From contig JBDRMK010000017.1 in assembly GCA_043812155.1 (NCBI GenBank), positions 146,509-210,508 of the forward strand: a DNA stretch of 64,000 bases, written 5' to 3'. The position numbers were made by a program, and so were the translations under genes. This DNA comes from Patescibacteria group bacterium. Lineage in GTDB: Bacteria; Patescibacteriota; Patescibacteriia; JAXHNJ01. The notes below the pieces were generated by a model. It searched no databases. It was not told where the DNA came from and saw only the letters and a list, made by a program, of their open reading frames with translations. Of this stretch, positions 46,857 to 57,278 are shown piece after piece (positions within the stretch are counted from its first letter, which is position 1; each line of letters starts with the position of its first letter).

Positions 46857-48053
46857 ATGCGAATTTCAAAAAGAGCCTTGCAAACCCAAGCTTCGCCGAT
46901 CCGGAAGCTTCAGCCGCTGGCTCTAGCCGCGGAAAAAAAGGGGATTGAAGTGATAAAACTGAATATCGGCCAGCCGGATCTGAATATCCCGGATTCAATT
47001 TTTGAAGAAATCAAAAAATACCGGCAAAAGAAAATTCCTTACGCCCCTTCCCAGGGCTTTGCTAACGTTATCCAGGCCTGGCAAAAATATTTCCGGGATT
47101 TTAAACTTAATTTTGAGGAAAATGAAATTATCGTCACGACCGGGGCTTCCGAAGCGATAATTTTCGCCCTGGCCGCCATCACCGACCCCCGAGATGAGAT
47201 CCTGGTCTTTGAGCCTTTTTACACCAATTACAACGGCTTCGCCGCCATTAACTCAATCAAGCTCGTGCCGGTTCCTACTAAAATTGAAACGGGTTTTCAT
47301 CTGCCTTCCGCCAAAATAATCGAGAAAAAAATCACCAAAAAAACCCGCGGAATAATTATCTGCAATCCGAACAACCCCACCGGCGCCGTCTATACGCGTC
47401 AAGAGCTTAAAAATATCGTTCGGCTGGTAAAAAAATACGACTTATTTGTCATTAACGACGAGGTTTACCGGGAATTCGTTTTCGGCAAGAATAAATTTTA
47501 CAGCCTATTTAATTTTAAGGAAATTGAAGAAAAAATCATTCTGGTAGACAGTGTTTCCAAAAGATTCAATCTCTGCGGCGCCCGGATCGGCTGCCTGGCC
47601 GCCAAAAACTCCCAGGTGATGGAAAACGTCCTGAAATTCGCCCAGGCCAGGCTTTCTTCCCCCACTCTGGAGCAATCCATCCTTATTCCTCTGCTGAAAA
47701 ATTCAAAAAAATACACCGACGGCTTGATAAGGGAATATCAAAAACGAAGGAAAACCGTGGAAAGCGAATTGAAAAAAATTCCGGGCATTGTTTATCATTT
47801 TCCGGAAGGGGCTTTTTACATTATCATCAAACTTCCCATCAAAGATTCGGAGCATTTCTGCCGCTGGCTCCTGGAAAAATTTTCGCATAAAAAAACCACG
47901 GTCATGCTGGCCCCGGCCTCGGGTTTTTACGCCACGCCCGGATTGGGGAAAAATGAGGTGCGCCTGGCCTTTGTTTATCGGCAGGAAATTCTGAAAAAAG
48001 GCCTAGAAATCCTGAGAATAGCTCTCGAAAAATATAATAAGCTTAATAAATAG
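46857..48053 (+). CDS. pyridoxal-phosphate-dependent aminotransferase, class I/II
   Basis: SVSKRFNLCGARIG PLP-lysine region and overall AAT-like fold. Confidence 0.8.
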   Translation: MRISKRALQTQASPIRKLQPLALAAEKKGIEVIKLNIGQPDLNIPDSIFEEIKKYRQKKIPYAPSQGFANVIQAWQKYFRDFKLNFEENEIIVTTGASEAIIFALAAITDPRDEILVFEPFYTNYNGFAAINSIKLVPVPTKIETGFHLPSAKIIEKKITKKTRGIIICNPNNPTGAVYTRQELKNIVRLVKKYDLFVINDEVYREFVFGKNKFYSLFNFKEIEEKIILVDSVSKRFNLCGARIGCLAAKNSQVMENVLKFAQARLSSPTLEQSILIPLLKNSKKYTDGLIREYQKRRKTVESELKKIPGIVYHFPEGAFYIIIKLPIKDSEHFCRWLLEKFSHKKTTVMLAPASGFYATPGLGKNEVRLAFVYRQEILKKGLEILRIALEKYNKLNK

Positions 48054-48059
48054 AACTTC

Positions 48060-49328
48060 ATGGAAAAAAACCATCTTTTCGCCGAAAGTTTATGGCAATT
48101 AAAGAAAGCGGCTGATTTAAGCCACCAAGCCGCGATTTTTAACCTTCTCAAGAAACCGCAGAAAATCATCAAACAAAACTTGGTTGTTAAATTAGATAAC
48201 GGCCAGTCAAAAAATTTTTTGGGCATACGTGTCCAAAATAATAACGCTCTTGGCCCGTATAAAGGCGGCTTGCGTTTTCATCCGAATATCAGCCTTGATG
48301 AAATGAAAAGCCTTTCTTTGTTTATGACCTTGAAAAGCGCCGTTATCGGGATTCCTTTCGGCGGCGGCAAAGGCGGGATCAAGGTTGACCCGAAACAACT
48401 GTCATTAAAAGAGTTGGAAAGGCTGACGCGCCGCTTGGCTCGGGCCTTAGCCCCTTATATCGGGCCGCGAAAAGATATTCCGGCGCCGGATGTCAATACC
48501 AACGCCGTGATTATGGCCTGGTTTGCGGATGAATACGGAAAAATCATAAATAATAAAAAGAAAGCCTTGGCTGTGGTTACCGGAAAACCTATCGGAAAAG
48601 GAGGCAGTGAAGGTCGGGAAGAAGCAACCGCTTACGGCGGTTTCTACGTTCTTAAAGAATTGTTGAAAAAAATAGGGCGAAAAAACCGTCATCTGAAAGT
48701 GATTGTTCAGGGCTTCGGCAATGTGGGCGCTCACCTGGCTTTTCTGCTTTTTGCCGACGGCTTCAAAATAATCGGCCTCTCGGATTCAAAAAACGAGATA
48801 ATGGATGAAAAAGGCTTTGACCCCAACCATATCATGAAAATCAAAAAAGCCAAGGGCCTGATCGACGGTTTTTACTGCCGCGGTTCGGTCTGCGATCATC
48901 AGGAAAAAAAGCACCATCATTTCTCAAATAACGAGATATTAACCCGACCTTGCGACATTTTAATCCCGGCCGCTTTGGAAAACGCCATCACAGAAAAAAA
49001 CGCCAAAAAAATAAAAGCAAAAATAGTCCTGGAAATGGCCAACGGCGCTATTACTCCCAAAGCCTTGGGAATCCTGCATAATAGAAAGATCATTGTCGTG
49101 CCGGATATTCTGGCCAACGCCGGCGGGGTGACCGTTTCCTATTTTGAATGGAAGCAGAACTTAGCCGATAAATACTGGACAAAAGCCAAAGTCTTGGATG
49201 AACTAGGAATCCTTATGCGCCGGGCCTTTGCCCAAGTCTGGCAAACCGCCAATAAATATAAAACTGACCTGAAAACGGCCGCCTATATCCTGGCTTTGGA
49301 AAAAATAAATAAAGCTTTGAAGAAATAA
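48060..49328 (+). CDS. gdhA: Glu/Leu/Phe/Val-family dehydrogenase (glutamate dehydrogenase-like)
   Basis: KGGLRFHP, GGGKGG and the Rossmann motif GFGNVG. Confidence 0.85.
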   Translation: MEKNHLFAESLWQLKKAADLSHQAAIFNLLKKPQKIIKQNLVVKLDNGQSKNFLGIRVQNNNALGPYKGGLRFHPNISLDEMKSLSLFMTLKSAVIGIPFGGGKGGIKVDPKQLSLKELERLTRRLARALAPYIGPRKDIPAPDVNTNAVIMAWFADEYGKIINNKKKALAVVTGKPIGKGGSEGREEATAYGGFYVLKELLKKIGRKNRHLKVIVQGFGNVGAHLAFLLFADGFKIIGLSDSKNEIMDEKGFDPNHIMKIKKAKGLIDGFYCRGSVCDHQEKKHHHFSNNEILTRPCDILIPAALENAITEKNAKKIKAKIVLEMANGAITPKALGILHNRKIIVVPDILANAGGVTVSYFEWKQNLADKYWTKAKVLDELGILMRRAFAQVWQTANKYKTDLKTAAYILALEKINKALKK

Positions 49329-49342
49329 CCATCTAATAAACA

Positions 49343-49372
49343 AAAGGAATAGACGGATAATCTATTCTTTTT
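49343..49372 (+). terminator. rho-independent terminator
   Basis: GGAATAGAC/ATCTATTC stem followed by T5. Confidence 0.5.
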
Positions 49373-49532
49373 GTTTACTCTATATAGTTAATAATCGGGG
49401 GTGAACTATAGGGATTGACAAATTTTAAAATCTGTGCTATTCTTTTACGTTGCCACTGAAATAATAATTGGCAAACTCGGCTACGAGAGAATCGTAGCAA
49501 TAGTTCTTCACAACAAGCGAAAGGAGTTTTAG

Positions 49533-50087
49533 ATGAGCGGAAAGATGATTTCGATTGCCGGTTTGGACAAGGCGGCGGTTTTGGCCGCCCTTTACAATTC
49601 CTCCAAACCGCAGGGTATGGGATTCATGCATTACGATCCCACGCCCATGACACCCGAAGACGCTCTCTGTATCATCTATTTTCGGGGTGACGACAAGACG
49701 ATGATGTTCTCCGGAGATACGCCTTTTGTGGAACCGCCTGGACCCGACAACCTGAATTTCGACTATCTCAATGGCCGGGTCATGAAAGTTGACCTTTCCG
49801 GCGATGAATTCGATCCCTGGGGTTATGACCGCGACAACGGCGATGGCGAGGCTGAGCGCGTGATCAACGAGCTGCGGCAGGGCCAGGTCAATTCGGCCAA
49901 CAGCCAGGCCAGCCATCACATCAACACGCTGGAAGCGGCCGAAAAGGCGAAGGAAGGGATGGAGACGGATGAAAGCCGTTTCGAAACCGGGGGTGATATA
50001 GACACCCTCCATCTCGGCCTGAAGGATAGGGCCGACGTACTCGGTCCGGCTGTGGACGACGCCGTACGCAAGCTTCGGAAAAAGTAA
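49533..50087 (+). CDS. acidic hypothetical protein (GC-rich island)
   Basis: RBS AAAGGAG 6 nt upstream. About 55% GC, higher than flanking genes. No recognised motif. Confidence 0.45.
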   Translation: MSGKMISIAGLDKAAVLAALYNSSKPQGMGFMHYDPTPMTPEDALCIIYFRGDDKTMMFSGDTPFVEPPGPDNLNFDYLNGRVMKVDLSGDEFDPWGYDRDNGDGEAERVINELRQGQVNSANSQASHHINTLEAAEKAKEGMETDESRFETGGDIDTLHLGLKDRADVLGPAVDDAVRKLRKK

Positions 50088-50172
50088 ACATCTACAACTC
50101 TACCGTTCTGGGACGCATAATAACCAAAAGCGTCCCATTTTTTTTATTTTAAAAAACACTTATAATGAGTTC

Positions 50173-50778
50173 ATGAAATTCCCCACTTTGGAAGAAGAAA
50201 AAAAACTTTGGCGGGCAGGCTATAAGTACGTCGCCGGACTGGACGAAGCCGGCCGGGGGGCTTTAGCCGGCCCGATTTTTGCCGCCGCGGTTATATTTAA
50301 TAAAGGAGTGAAAATAAGCGGCGTCAATGATTCAAAAAAACTGACCCCGGAAAAACGGGAAGAACTCTATAAAATTATCACAAAAAATGCGCTTTTTTGG
50401 TCAATCGCTTCTTTAAGCCACCAAAAAATCGATAAAATTGGGATCGGCCGGGCCAATTTAGAAGTGATGGAAAAAGCGATAAAATATTTAAAACATAAAC
50501 CCGATTTCTTGCTGATTGACGCCCATAAATTAGAAACGAAAATTCCTTCATTTTCCATAATTAAGGGTGATGAAAAAGTCTTTTCCATTGCCGCCGCCTC
50601 CATTTTGGCGAAAGTCTCGCGGGACCGCTTCATGATTAGGCAAGGCAATAAATACTCAGCCTTTCAATTTGAAATTAACAAAGGTTACGGCACCGGCCGG
50701 CATCTGGCCGCCATCCGAAAACACGGACCCTGTTTGATCCACCGCCGGTCATTCAAGCCTTTAAAAAAAATCATATAG
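50173..50778 (+). CDS. rnhB: ribonuclease HII
   Basis: GLDEAGRGALAGP active-site motif. Confidence 0.9.
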   Translation: MKFPTLEEEKKLWRAGYKYVAGLDEAGRGALAGPIFAAAVIFNKGVKISGVNDSKKLTPEKREELYKIITKNALFWSIASLSHQKIDKIGIGRANLEVMEKAIKYLKHKPDFLLIDAHKLETKIPSFSIIKGDEKVFSIAAASILAKVSRDRFMIRQGNKYSAFQFEINKGYGTGRHLAAIRKHGPCLIHRRSFKPLKKII

Positions 50779-50807
50779 ATGATATAGTTGAAGGGTAAGA
50801 TAATCTT

Positions 50808-51371
50808 ATGATCAAGCTTCCTTCAGGGAAAACCTATCTGGATCCGGCTTATCTGCTGGAAAAACTGGAGATCGGGCCGAACATGCGGGTCGGGTCTTTT
50901 GGCTGCGGCGGGGAGGGATTTCTTACTTTGCAGGCCGCGGAACTGGTCAAACCCCATGGCCGGGTCTTTGCCGTGGACATTTTAAAACCGAACCTTTCCG
51001 CGATCTGGTCTAAGGCAAAACTCTCCGGTCTGGATCATATCATCCGCTGTGTCTGGTCGGATCTGGAAATTCACGGGGCGGCGAAAAAAATCAAAGATGA
51101 ATCCCTGGACCGCGGAATCTTAGCGAACGTATTGCACCAGTCAAAAAAACAAAAAAATATTCTCAGGGAATGCGGCCGGACCTTGAAAGAAGAAGGGAGG
51201 CTTTTAATCGTAGAGTGGAAAACCGCCGGCCTGGTCTTTGGCCCGCAGGAAAAATTTTTGGTTGAAAAAGACCGAGCTATCCAGCTGGCAGCTGCCTGCG
51301 GCCTGGCCCTGATGGACGAATTTAAAGCGGGGGCTTATCATTACGGCTTGGTTTTTACTAAAATTTCTTAA
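50808..51371 (+). CDS. class I SAM-dependent methyltransferase
   Basis: VGSFGCGGEGF motif I and Rossmann-like pattern. Confidence 0.6.
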   Translation: MIKLPSGKTYLDPAYLLEKLEIGPNMRVGSFGCGGEGFLTLQAAELVKPHGRVFAVDILKPNLSAIWSKAKLSGLDHIIRCVWSDLEIHGAAKKIKDESLDRGILANVLHQSKKQKNILRECGRTLKEEGRLLIVEWKTAGLVFGPQEKFLVEKDRAIQLAAACGLALMDEFKAGAYHYGLVFTKIS

Positions 51372-51419
51372 TTTTTTAGGATAATAACGGTGGCTTAAAA
51401 GAATTACCGTTTTTTTATT

Positions 51420-51779
51420 ATGAAAAATTACCGCCAAAAACTAGGGGCTACCGGAGAGAGAATCGCGGCCGAATACTTAAAAGAAAAAGGCTATCTTATT
51501 AAAGACAGAAATTTTCGGGTGCGTGAGGGAGAGATCGACCTGATCGCTGAAAAAAATTATGAATATATTTTTATCGAGGTTAAAACCCGGACTTCGCCGA
51601 AATTCGGTCCTCCCGAAGAATCGGTCAATCTTAAAAAACAGGAAAAATACGCCGCCGTCATTGAAAAATACCTGGAAAAAAACCGGCTAAAAAATGCGCT
51701 CTGGCATTGCGAGATTATTTCCCTAATGATTGATAAAAAACAAAACACCATCTGCCTGCGTCATTTTAAAAAAATATAA
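51420..51779 (+). CDS. yraN: YraN-family (UPF0102) endonuclease
   Basis: GEIDLIA...FIEVKTR motif typical of the family. Confidence 0.7.
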   Translation: MKNYRQKLGATGERIAAEYLKEKGYLIKDRNFRVREGEIDLIAEKNYEYIFIEVKTRTSPKFGPPEESVNLKKQEKYAAVIEKYLEKNRLKNALWHCEIISLMIDKKQNTICLRHFKKI

Positions 51780-51823
51780 AACTCCCTGACAAACATACCT
51801 TGATTTCGGCCGCCGGACATAAC

Positions 51824-51852
51824 TTGCCTTCTTTTCTGGCTTGTTCTATAAT
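51824..51852 (+). promoter_or_regulatory. sigma70-like promoter TTGCCT-17-TATAAT upstream of nusA
   Basis: Hexamers and spacing read from the sequence. Confidence 0.45.
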
Positions 51853-51861
51853 GTTGACATA

Positions 51862-51890
51862 AGACTAGTTTCAAACTAGTCAATTTTTTT
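51862..51890 (+). promoter_or_regulatory. terminator-like hairpin in the nusA 5' leader (candidate attenuator)
   Basis: GACTAGTTT-C-AAACTAGTC stem followed by T7. Lies between the promoter and the nusA ATG. Confidence 0.4.
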
Positions 51891-51921
51891 AAGTAAACCT
51901 AATTCCATAACCTTTAAAAAA

Positions 51922-53313
51922 ATGGGTCAAAATGAGATAAACCAAGCGATTAAGCAGATTTGCGAGGAAAAGAACATTTCCTTTGAATCGGTAATTGAGA
52001 CCATCGCCGCCGCCCTGGCCGTGGCTTATCGCAAGGATTTCGGGGAAAAAAACCAGAATATTAAAGTTGAATTTAATCCGGAAAACTCCAGTTCCCGGGT
52101 TTTTGACGTAAAAACAGTGGTCGCCGATGAAATTGCGGAAAAAACCCTAAAATTGAAAGAAAAGAAAGAAAAAGGCGAAGAAGTAAAACCCGAAGAGGAG
52201 GATTTTGAAAAATTTGATCCTAAAAAACACCTGACTCTGACGGAAAGCCTGAAATTAAAAAAAGGCGTCAAACTGGCAGACGAGATAAAAACAGAGCTTT
52301 TTCCGCCGGCCGCCTACGGCCGCATGGCCGCCCAAACCGCCAAACAAGTGATTATCCAGCGCCTGCGGGAAGCGGAAAGAGAAAATCTCTTTAAGGATTT
52401 CAAGGGCCGAGAAGGAGAGATCATTACCGGCATTATTCAAAGGCAGGAAAGAAGATTTTATCTGGTAGACCTGGGGCAAACGACCGGCATTATGCCGCCG
52501 AACGAGCAGATCATGAGCGAAAGATACCTGCCCGGTTCAAGAATAAAAGTTTACGTCGTCTCGGTCAACCAAACGACCAAGGGGCCGGAAATCATCGTTT
52601 CGCGCGCCCATCCGGACATGGTGAAAAGGCTATTTACTTTGGAAGTTCCGGAAATAAGCGCCGGCACTGTGGAAATAAAAGCGGTCTCAAGGGAAGCCGG
52701 CTCCCGCACCAAAATTGCCGTTAAATCCAACCAAAAGAATATCGATCCGGTCGGCTCCTGCGTCGGCCAGCGCGGCTCGCGGGTCCAAACCATAATTTCT
52801 GAAATCGGCGGAGAAAAAATTGACATTATCCAATATTCTGATGATCCGGTAGAATTTATAACTAATGCCCTTTCCCCGGCGAAAATATTAAGCATCAAGC
52901 TCAATGAAAAAGAAAAGACCGCCACCGCCGAAGTGAAAGAAGACCAGCTTTCCTTGGCCATCGGCAAAGCGGGACAGAATGTCCGGCTGGCCGCCAAATT
53001 AACCGGCTGGCGCATAGACATTATTTCCGGCGAAAAAAATGAGGAAAAAGAAAAAGCGAAAAACGAAGAAAAGGAAGAATCGGAAAAAATTAAGGACGGA
53101 GAAAAACCAGCTGAGGCGAAAAAGGAGGATAAGACCTCGGAAACGGGAAAAAATGAGAAAATAATCACAGAAGATAAGTCCAAGGAGGAAGAAAAGGAAG
53201 TAAAAAGGGAAAAAACAGTCTCTAAAAAAGAAAGAAAAAAAGATAATAAAAATAAAGCGGAAGAAAAAAAGGAAGAACCCGAGGGAAAAGAAAAACCCGA
53301 AGAGACAAAATAA
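51922..53313 (+). CDS. nusA: transcription termination/antitermination factor NusA with a Lys/Glu-rich C-terminal tail
   Basis: N-terminal domain, S1 domain (GEIITGIIQRQERRFYLVDLG) and two KH domains. Confidence 0.9.
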   Translation: MGQNEINQAIKQICEEKNISFESVIETIAAALAVAYRKDFGEKNQNIKVEFNPENSSSRVFDVKTVVADEIAEKTLKLKEKKEKGEEVKPEEEDFEKFDPKKHLTLTESLKLKKGVKLADEIKTELFPPAAYGRMAAQTAKQVIIQRLREAERENLFKDFKGREGEIITGIIQRQERRFYLVDLGQTTGIMPPNEQIMSERYLPGSRIKVYVVSVNQTTKGPEIIVSRAHPDMVKRLFTLEVPEISAGTVEIKAVSREAGSRTKIAVKSNQKNIDPVGSCVGQRGSRVQTIISEIGGEKIDIIQYSDDPVEFITNALSPAKILSIKLNEKEKTATAEVKEDQLSLAIGKAGQNVRLAAKLTGWRIDIISGEKNEEKEKAKNEEKEESEKIKDGEKPAEAKKEDKTSETGKNEKIITEDKSKEEEKEVKREKTVSKKERKKDNKNKAEEKKEEPEGKEKPEETK

Positions 53314-53372
53314 TGAAAAAGAAGAAAAAAATAACTTATTGACTAGTTAATTAACTAACTAAAAACAAAATT

Positions 53373-55346
53373 ATGAATGTGGGCATTTATTCCCTTATCC
53401 TAGGCTTAGTCGGCTTTATCACGGCGATTCTCATCTATTTTTCCTTGAAAAAAAATCCAGTGGGCACGGATCTGATGAAAGAAATCGCAGATAAAATACA
53501 TCACGGAGCCATGGTTTTTTTAAAAAAAGAATACGCCATAATTTCCATTTTTGTCTTGGTTGTTTTCGCCTTGCTCGCCTGGAAAATAAACATCTGGACC
53601 GGTGTCGCCTATATCTCAGGAGGTTTATTCTCGATGTTAGCCGGTTTTTTCGGCATGTCCGGCGCGACTCTGGCTAATGTGCGGACGGCTAACGCCGCTC
53701 ATACGTCAGGGCAAGCCAAGGCTTTGAATATTTCTTTTTTAGGCGGCTCTGTTATGGGTTTATCCGTGGCTTCCTTGGGTCTGATCGGCCTGGGCATTTT
53801 TTATTATTTTTTCCGCGAAGTTGATCCCGCCGTTCTTTCCGGTTTCGCCATGGGCGCTTCTTCTATCGCGCTCTTCGCCCGGGTCGGCGGCGGTATTTAC
53901 ACAAAATCGGCGGATGTCGGCGCGGATCTGGTCGGCAAAGTGGAGGCGGGCATTCCGGAAGACGATCCGAGAAACCCGGCTGTCATCGCGGATAATGTCG
54001 GAGATAATGTCGGCGACGTGGCCGGCATGGGCGCTGATCTTTTTGAATCATACGTCGGATCGGTCATCGCCGCCTTGGCCATCGCCGCGACCGGAACAGC
54101 CTACGCCGCTCATAAAATCGCCTACATGTCCCTGCCTTTATGGATCATCACGGCCGGCTTGATCGCCTCAATTTTAGGCGTTTTTTCCGTAAAAATATTC
54201 TCAAAATTAAATCCGCAAGCGGTCCTGCGTTACGTCACTTACGTCGCGGCCGGTTTGCTTTTAATCGCCACTTATTTTATTGTCAAAAAACTTGAGCTGC
54301 CTTTAGGAGTTTTTTGGACCGTGGTGCTCGGAACTTTTGTCGGCATTCTTATCGGTTTGCTGACGGAATATTATACTTCCTCTAAGCCCGTCATTAAAAT
54401 CGCTAAATCCGCTCAAACCGGCGCCGCCACCAATATTATTACCGGGCTGGCGGTGGCCATGGAAAGCACGGCTCTGCCTGTTTTGATCATCGCGATCGCT
54501 ATTCTCTTTTCCTATAAACTGGCCGGGCTTTACGGCATTGCCATCTCCGCCGTCGGCATGCTGTCTACCATCGGCGTCACTATGTCCGTGGACGCCTACG
54601 GTCCGATTGCCGACAACGCCGGCGGAATTTCAGAAATGTCGGGCTTAGGCAAGGAAACCCGGGAAATCACCGATCGCCTTGATTCGCTCGGCAACACCAC
54701 GGCCGCCATCGGCAAGGGATTTGCCATCGGCTCAGCCGCCTTGACCGCCCTGGCTTTGTTCGCCGCTTATACCACGGCCGTAAAATTGAACAGCATTGAT
54801 CTGACCAAGGCCGAAGTAGTGACCGGTCTTTTGATCGGCGGCATCCTGCCTTTTTTAATTGCTTCTTTTACCATGACGGCTGTCGGCCGCACCGCTATGA
54901 AAATGGTCAATGAGGTCAGAAGGCAATTCAAAGAGATCGCCGGACTGATGGAAGGCAAGGCCAAATCTGATTCCAATAAATGCATCGCGATCGCCGTCCA
55001 TGGATCGATCAGAGAAATGATCATCCCCGGGCTATTGGCTATTATCGCGCCTATTATAGTCGGCCTGATTTTAGGCAAAGAAGCCTTGGGCGGACTATTG
55101 GCCGGCGCCACTTTGGTCGGAGTTTTCCTGGCCCTGATGATGTCTAACGGCGGCGGCGCCTGGGATAACGCCAAAAAATACATTGAAAAGGGTAATTTAG
55201 GCGGCAAGGGTTCTGATACCCACAAAGCGGCCGTGGTCGGTGATACCGTCGGCGATCCGTTTAAAGACACGGCCGGACCGTCGATGAATATTCTGATCAA
55301 ACTGATGGCCGTGGTTTCTTTAGTCCTCGCCCCCCTCTTCCTGTAA
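53373..55346 (+). CDS. hppA: membrane-bound proton/sodium-translocating pyrophosphatase
   Basis: [28 protein letters not shown] and 16-TM topology. An Ala in the GNTTAA motif suggests the K+-dependent subclass. Confidence 0.9.
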   Translation: MNVGIYSLILGLVGFITAILIYFSLKKNPVGTDLMKEIADKIHHGAMVFLKKEYAIISIFVLVVFALLAWKINIWTGVAYISGGLFSMLAGFFGMSGATLANVRTANAAHTSGQAKALNISFLGGSVMGLSVASLGLIGLGIFYYFFREVDPAVLSGFAMGASSIALFARVGGGIYTKSADVGADLVGKVEAGIPEDDPRNPAVIADNVGDNVGDVAGMGADLFESYVGSVIAALAIAATGTAYAAHKIAYMSLPLWIITAGLIASILGVFSVKIFSKLNPQAVLRYVTYVAAGLLLIATYFIVKKLELPLGVFWTVVLGTFVGILIGLLTEYYTSSKPVIKIAKSAQTGAATNIITGLAVAMESTALPVLIIAIAILFSYKLAGLYGIAISAVGMLSTIGVTMSVDAYGPIADNAGGISEMSGLGKETREITDRLDSLGNTTAAIGKGFAIGSAALTALALFAAYTTAVKLNSIDLTKAEVVTGLLIGGILPFLIASFTMTAVGRTAMKMVNEVRRQFKEIAGLMEGKAKSDSNKCIAIAVHGSIREMIIPGLLAIIAPIIVGLILGKEALGGLLAGATLVGVFLALMMSNGGGAWDNAKKYIEKGNLGGKGSDTHKAAVVGDTVGDPFKDTAGPSMNILIKLMAVVSLVLAPLFL

Positions 55347-55385
55347 AAAATTTATTCTCTAAAAAACTAAAGGAAAAAAGAGAAT

Positions 55386-56009
55386 TTGGCCTACACTTTC
55401 TTTAAATTCAATATCATCCCTCTATTCCGCCTCAAAATCAAACGGATAGAAGGTTTAGAGAATATCCCCCGGCAGGGTAACTACATTCTAGCCGCCAATC
55501 ATAACGCTTGGATTGATTCACCTTATATTTGGGCAGTTTTGACAAAAGTGATCAACGAAAAAATATACGCGGTGGCGGCCACGAAAAAGTTCAGATGGAT
55601 GGGCGCCATTCCTATCGATCCTAAGAACAAAGCGAAAACTGTTGATCTATTCGTCGATTTGCTGAAAAAAGGGAAGATTGTCGCCATTTTTCCGGAAGGA
55701 AATTCCAATCCAAACAAAATTCTGCGCGAACCGAAAACCGGGGTGGCCCGGCTCGCTTTGCGTTCAAAGCTTCCCGTCATTCCCATAGGCATAAAAGGTA
55801 CAAAAGGAAGAACTTTTATTCCCGGCCTTTTGCGCTTTTTTTTCACCCCCGCCAGGCCAACGATTACAGTCGGCCGGCCGATGACTTTTCCTGAATTCTA
55901 CGGTCAAACGGAAAATGAATACCTTCTACATAAAGTTTCACGCTTAATCATGCAAGAAATCTCCAAACTTTGCGGGAAAAAAATGCCCCCGGAGGATATA
56001 AGTCTATGA
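55386..56009 (+). CDS. plsC: 1-acyl-sn-glycerol-3-phosphate acyltransferase-like (LPLAT/PlsC family), paralog 1
   Basis: HxxxxD (NHNAWID) and FPEGN motifs. Confidence 0.7.
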   Translation: MAYTFFKFNIIPLFRLKIKRIEGLENIPRQGNYILAANHNAWIDSPYIWAVLTKVINEKIYAVAATKKFRWMGAIPIDPKNKAKTVDLFVDLLKKGKIVAIFPEGNSNPNKILREPKTGVARLALRSKLPVIPIGIKGTKGRTFIPGLLRFFFTPARPTITVGRPMTFPEFYGQTENEYLLHKVSRLIMQEISKLCGKKMPPEDISL

Positions 56010-56641
56010 ACTATCCCTGGTTTATAAAACTCGCTATTTGGTTTTTAAAAAGAAACTTAGAAAAAGTGGCAGGCCTGGAAAATCTTCCTGCAAACAGCAA
56101 TTTTATCTTAGCGGCGAACCACGGCAGTTATCTGGACGCAGTTTTTCTTTGGGTCGGCCTGGTGCCGGTGACGAAAAAAATAATCTATTCCCTGGCCAAA
56201 GAGCAGTTAAAAAGCAAATTTGGCTCTTTCGGCTCAAAATATCTCGGCATGATCTATATCGACACGAAGGATAAGGCCAAATGCCTGGAAGTGGCCGCCG
56301 AATACTTGAAAAGAAATGAAATTATCTGCGTTCTACCGGAAGGCCGCCGGAATTACGATCCGATCAATCTATTGCCGGGCAAAACCGGCGCCGCCCGACT
56401 GGCCTTAAAAGCGAAAGTGCCGGTCATCCCGGTCGGCATAATAAGCCCGAAAGGGCAAGGTGTCTTTCAGGCGATAAAAAACGCTTTTTGGCCGAAAAAC
56501 AAAGCGAAAATAATCATTGGTCGGCCTCTCAATTTTGAAAAATATTTTTACCAGGAGATGACTAAAGAATCATTGGAAAAAATAACCCGCGAAACCATGC
56601 TGAAAATCGGCGAACTCTGCGGGAAAAAATATACTTATTAA
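56006..56641 (+). CDS. LPLAT/PlsC-family acyltransferase, paralog 2
   Basis: NHGSYLD and LPEGRR motifs. ATGA start/stop overlap with paralog 1. Confidence 0.7.
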   Translation: MNYPWFIKLAIWFLKRNLEKVAGLENLPANSNFILAANHGSYLDAVFLWVGLVPVTKKIIYSLAKEQLKSKFGSFGSKYLGMIYIDTKDKAKCLEVAAEYLKRNEIICVLPEGRRNYDPINLLPGKTGAARLALKAKVPVIPVGIISPKGQGVFQAIKNAFWPKNKAKIIIGRPLNFEKYFYQEMTKESLEKITRETMLKIGELCGKKYTY

Positions 56642-56644
56642 ATT

Positions 56645-57256
56645 ATGCGCTATTCTACCACCAAAATAATTCTCAAGCCTCTTTTTCGCCCTAAATTCAA
56701 GGAGATCAACGGCCTTTCCAACCTGCCCCAAAACGGCTCGTTTATATTGGCCGCCAACCATATTGATTATTTGGACGGCTATTTCATTTCCTTTGGCCTA
56801 GAGATCAGGAAAAAACTGGATATATATTTCCTTTCAAAAACCAAAAATTACTGGTGGGCCGGCTCCACCTTGCCGATTGACCCTCAAGACCGGGAAAAAA
56901 GCCTCCGCCAGGCGGTCAATTATCTGCAGCAAGGGAAAATCATCTGCAATTTCATTGAAGGAAAGAGAAATCCGGAAAAATACCTGCTTGAAGGCAGGAC
57001 CGGCACGGCCAGAATGGCTTTAAAGGCCCGGGTTCCCGTTATTCCGGTCGGCATTACTTGCCCGATCAACCGGACTTTTCCTGGAGCCTTAGCCAGTTTG
57101 CTTACCCATAACCATCAGGCTATAATAAACATCGGTCAGCCGATCAGCTTTGAAAAATATTACGGCCAAGATATAACAAAACCGCTGCTTATTGAATTAA
57201 CCCGGGAAGTGATGAAAAAAATCTCGCCTCTTTGCGGCAAAGCCTATTCATTTTAA
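56645..57256 (+). CDS. LPLAT/PlsC-family acyltransferase, paralog 3
   Basis: NHIDYLD and FIEGKRN motifs. Confidence 0.7.
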   Translation: MRYSTTKIILKPLFRPKFKEINGLSNLPQNGSFILAANHIDYLDGYFISFGLEIRKKLDIYFLSKTKNYWWAGSTLPIDPQDREKSLRQAVNYLQQGKIICNFIEGKRNPEKYLLEGRTGTARMALKARVPVIPVGITCPINRTFPGALASLLTHNHQAIINIGQPISFEKYYGQDITKPLLIELTREVMKKISPLCGKAYSF

Positions 57257-57278
57257 ATAATTAACCATAATAAACCAT

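Noticed and set aside
49437-50012. 191-aa minus-strand ORF overlapping the plus-strand acidic-protein gene
   Set aside because: The plus-strand ORF has a canonical RBS. The minus ORF is a GC-rich shadow frame.
52026-53183. Minus-strand ORFs (81-210 aa) inside nusA
   Set aside because: They are antisense to the confidently identified NusA. Their Ser/Phe-rich translations come from the complement of the Lys/Glu-rich tail.
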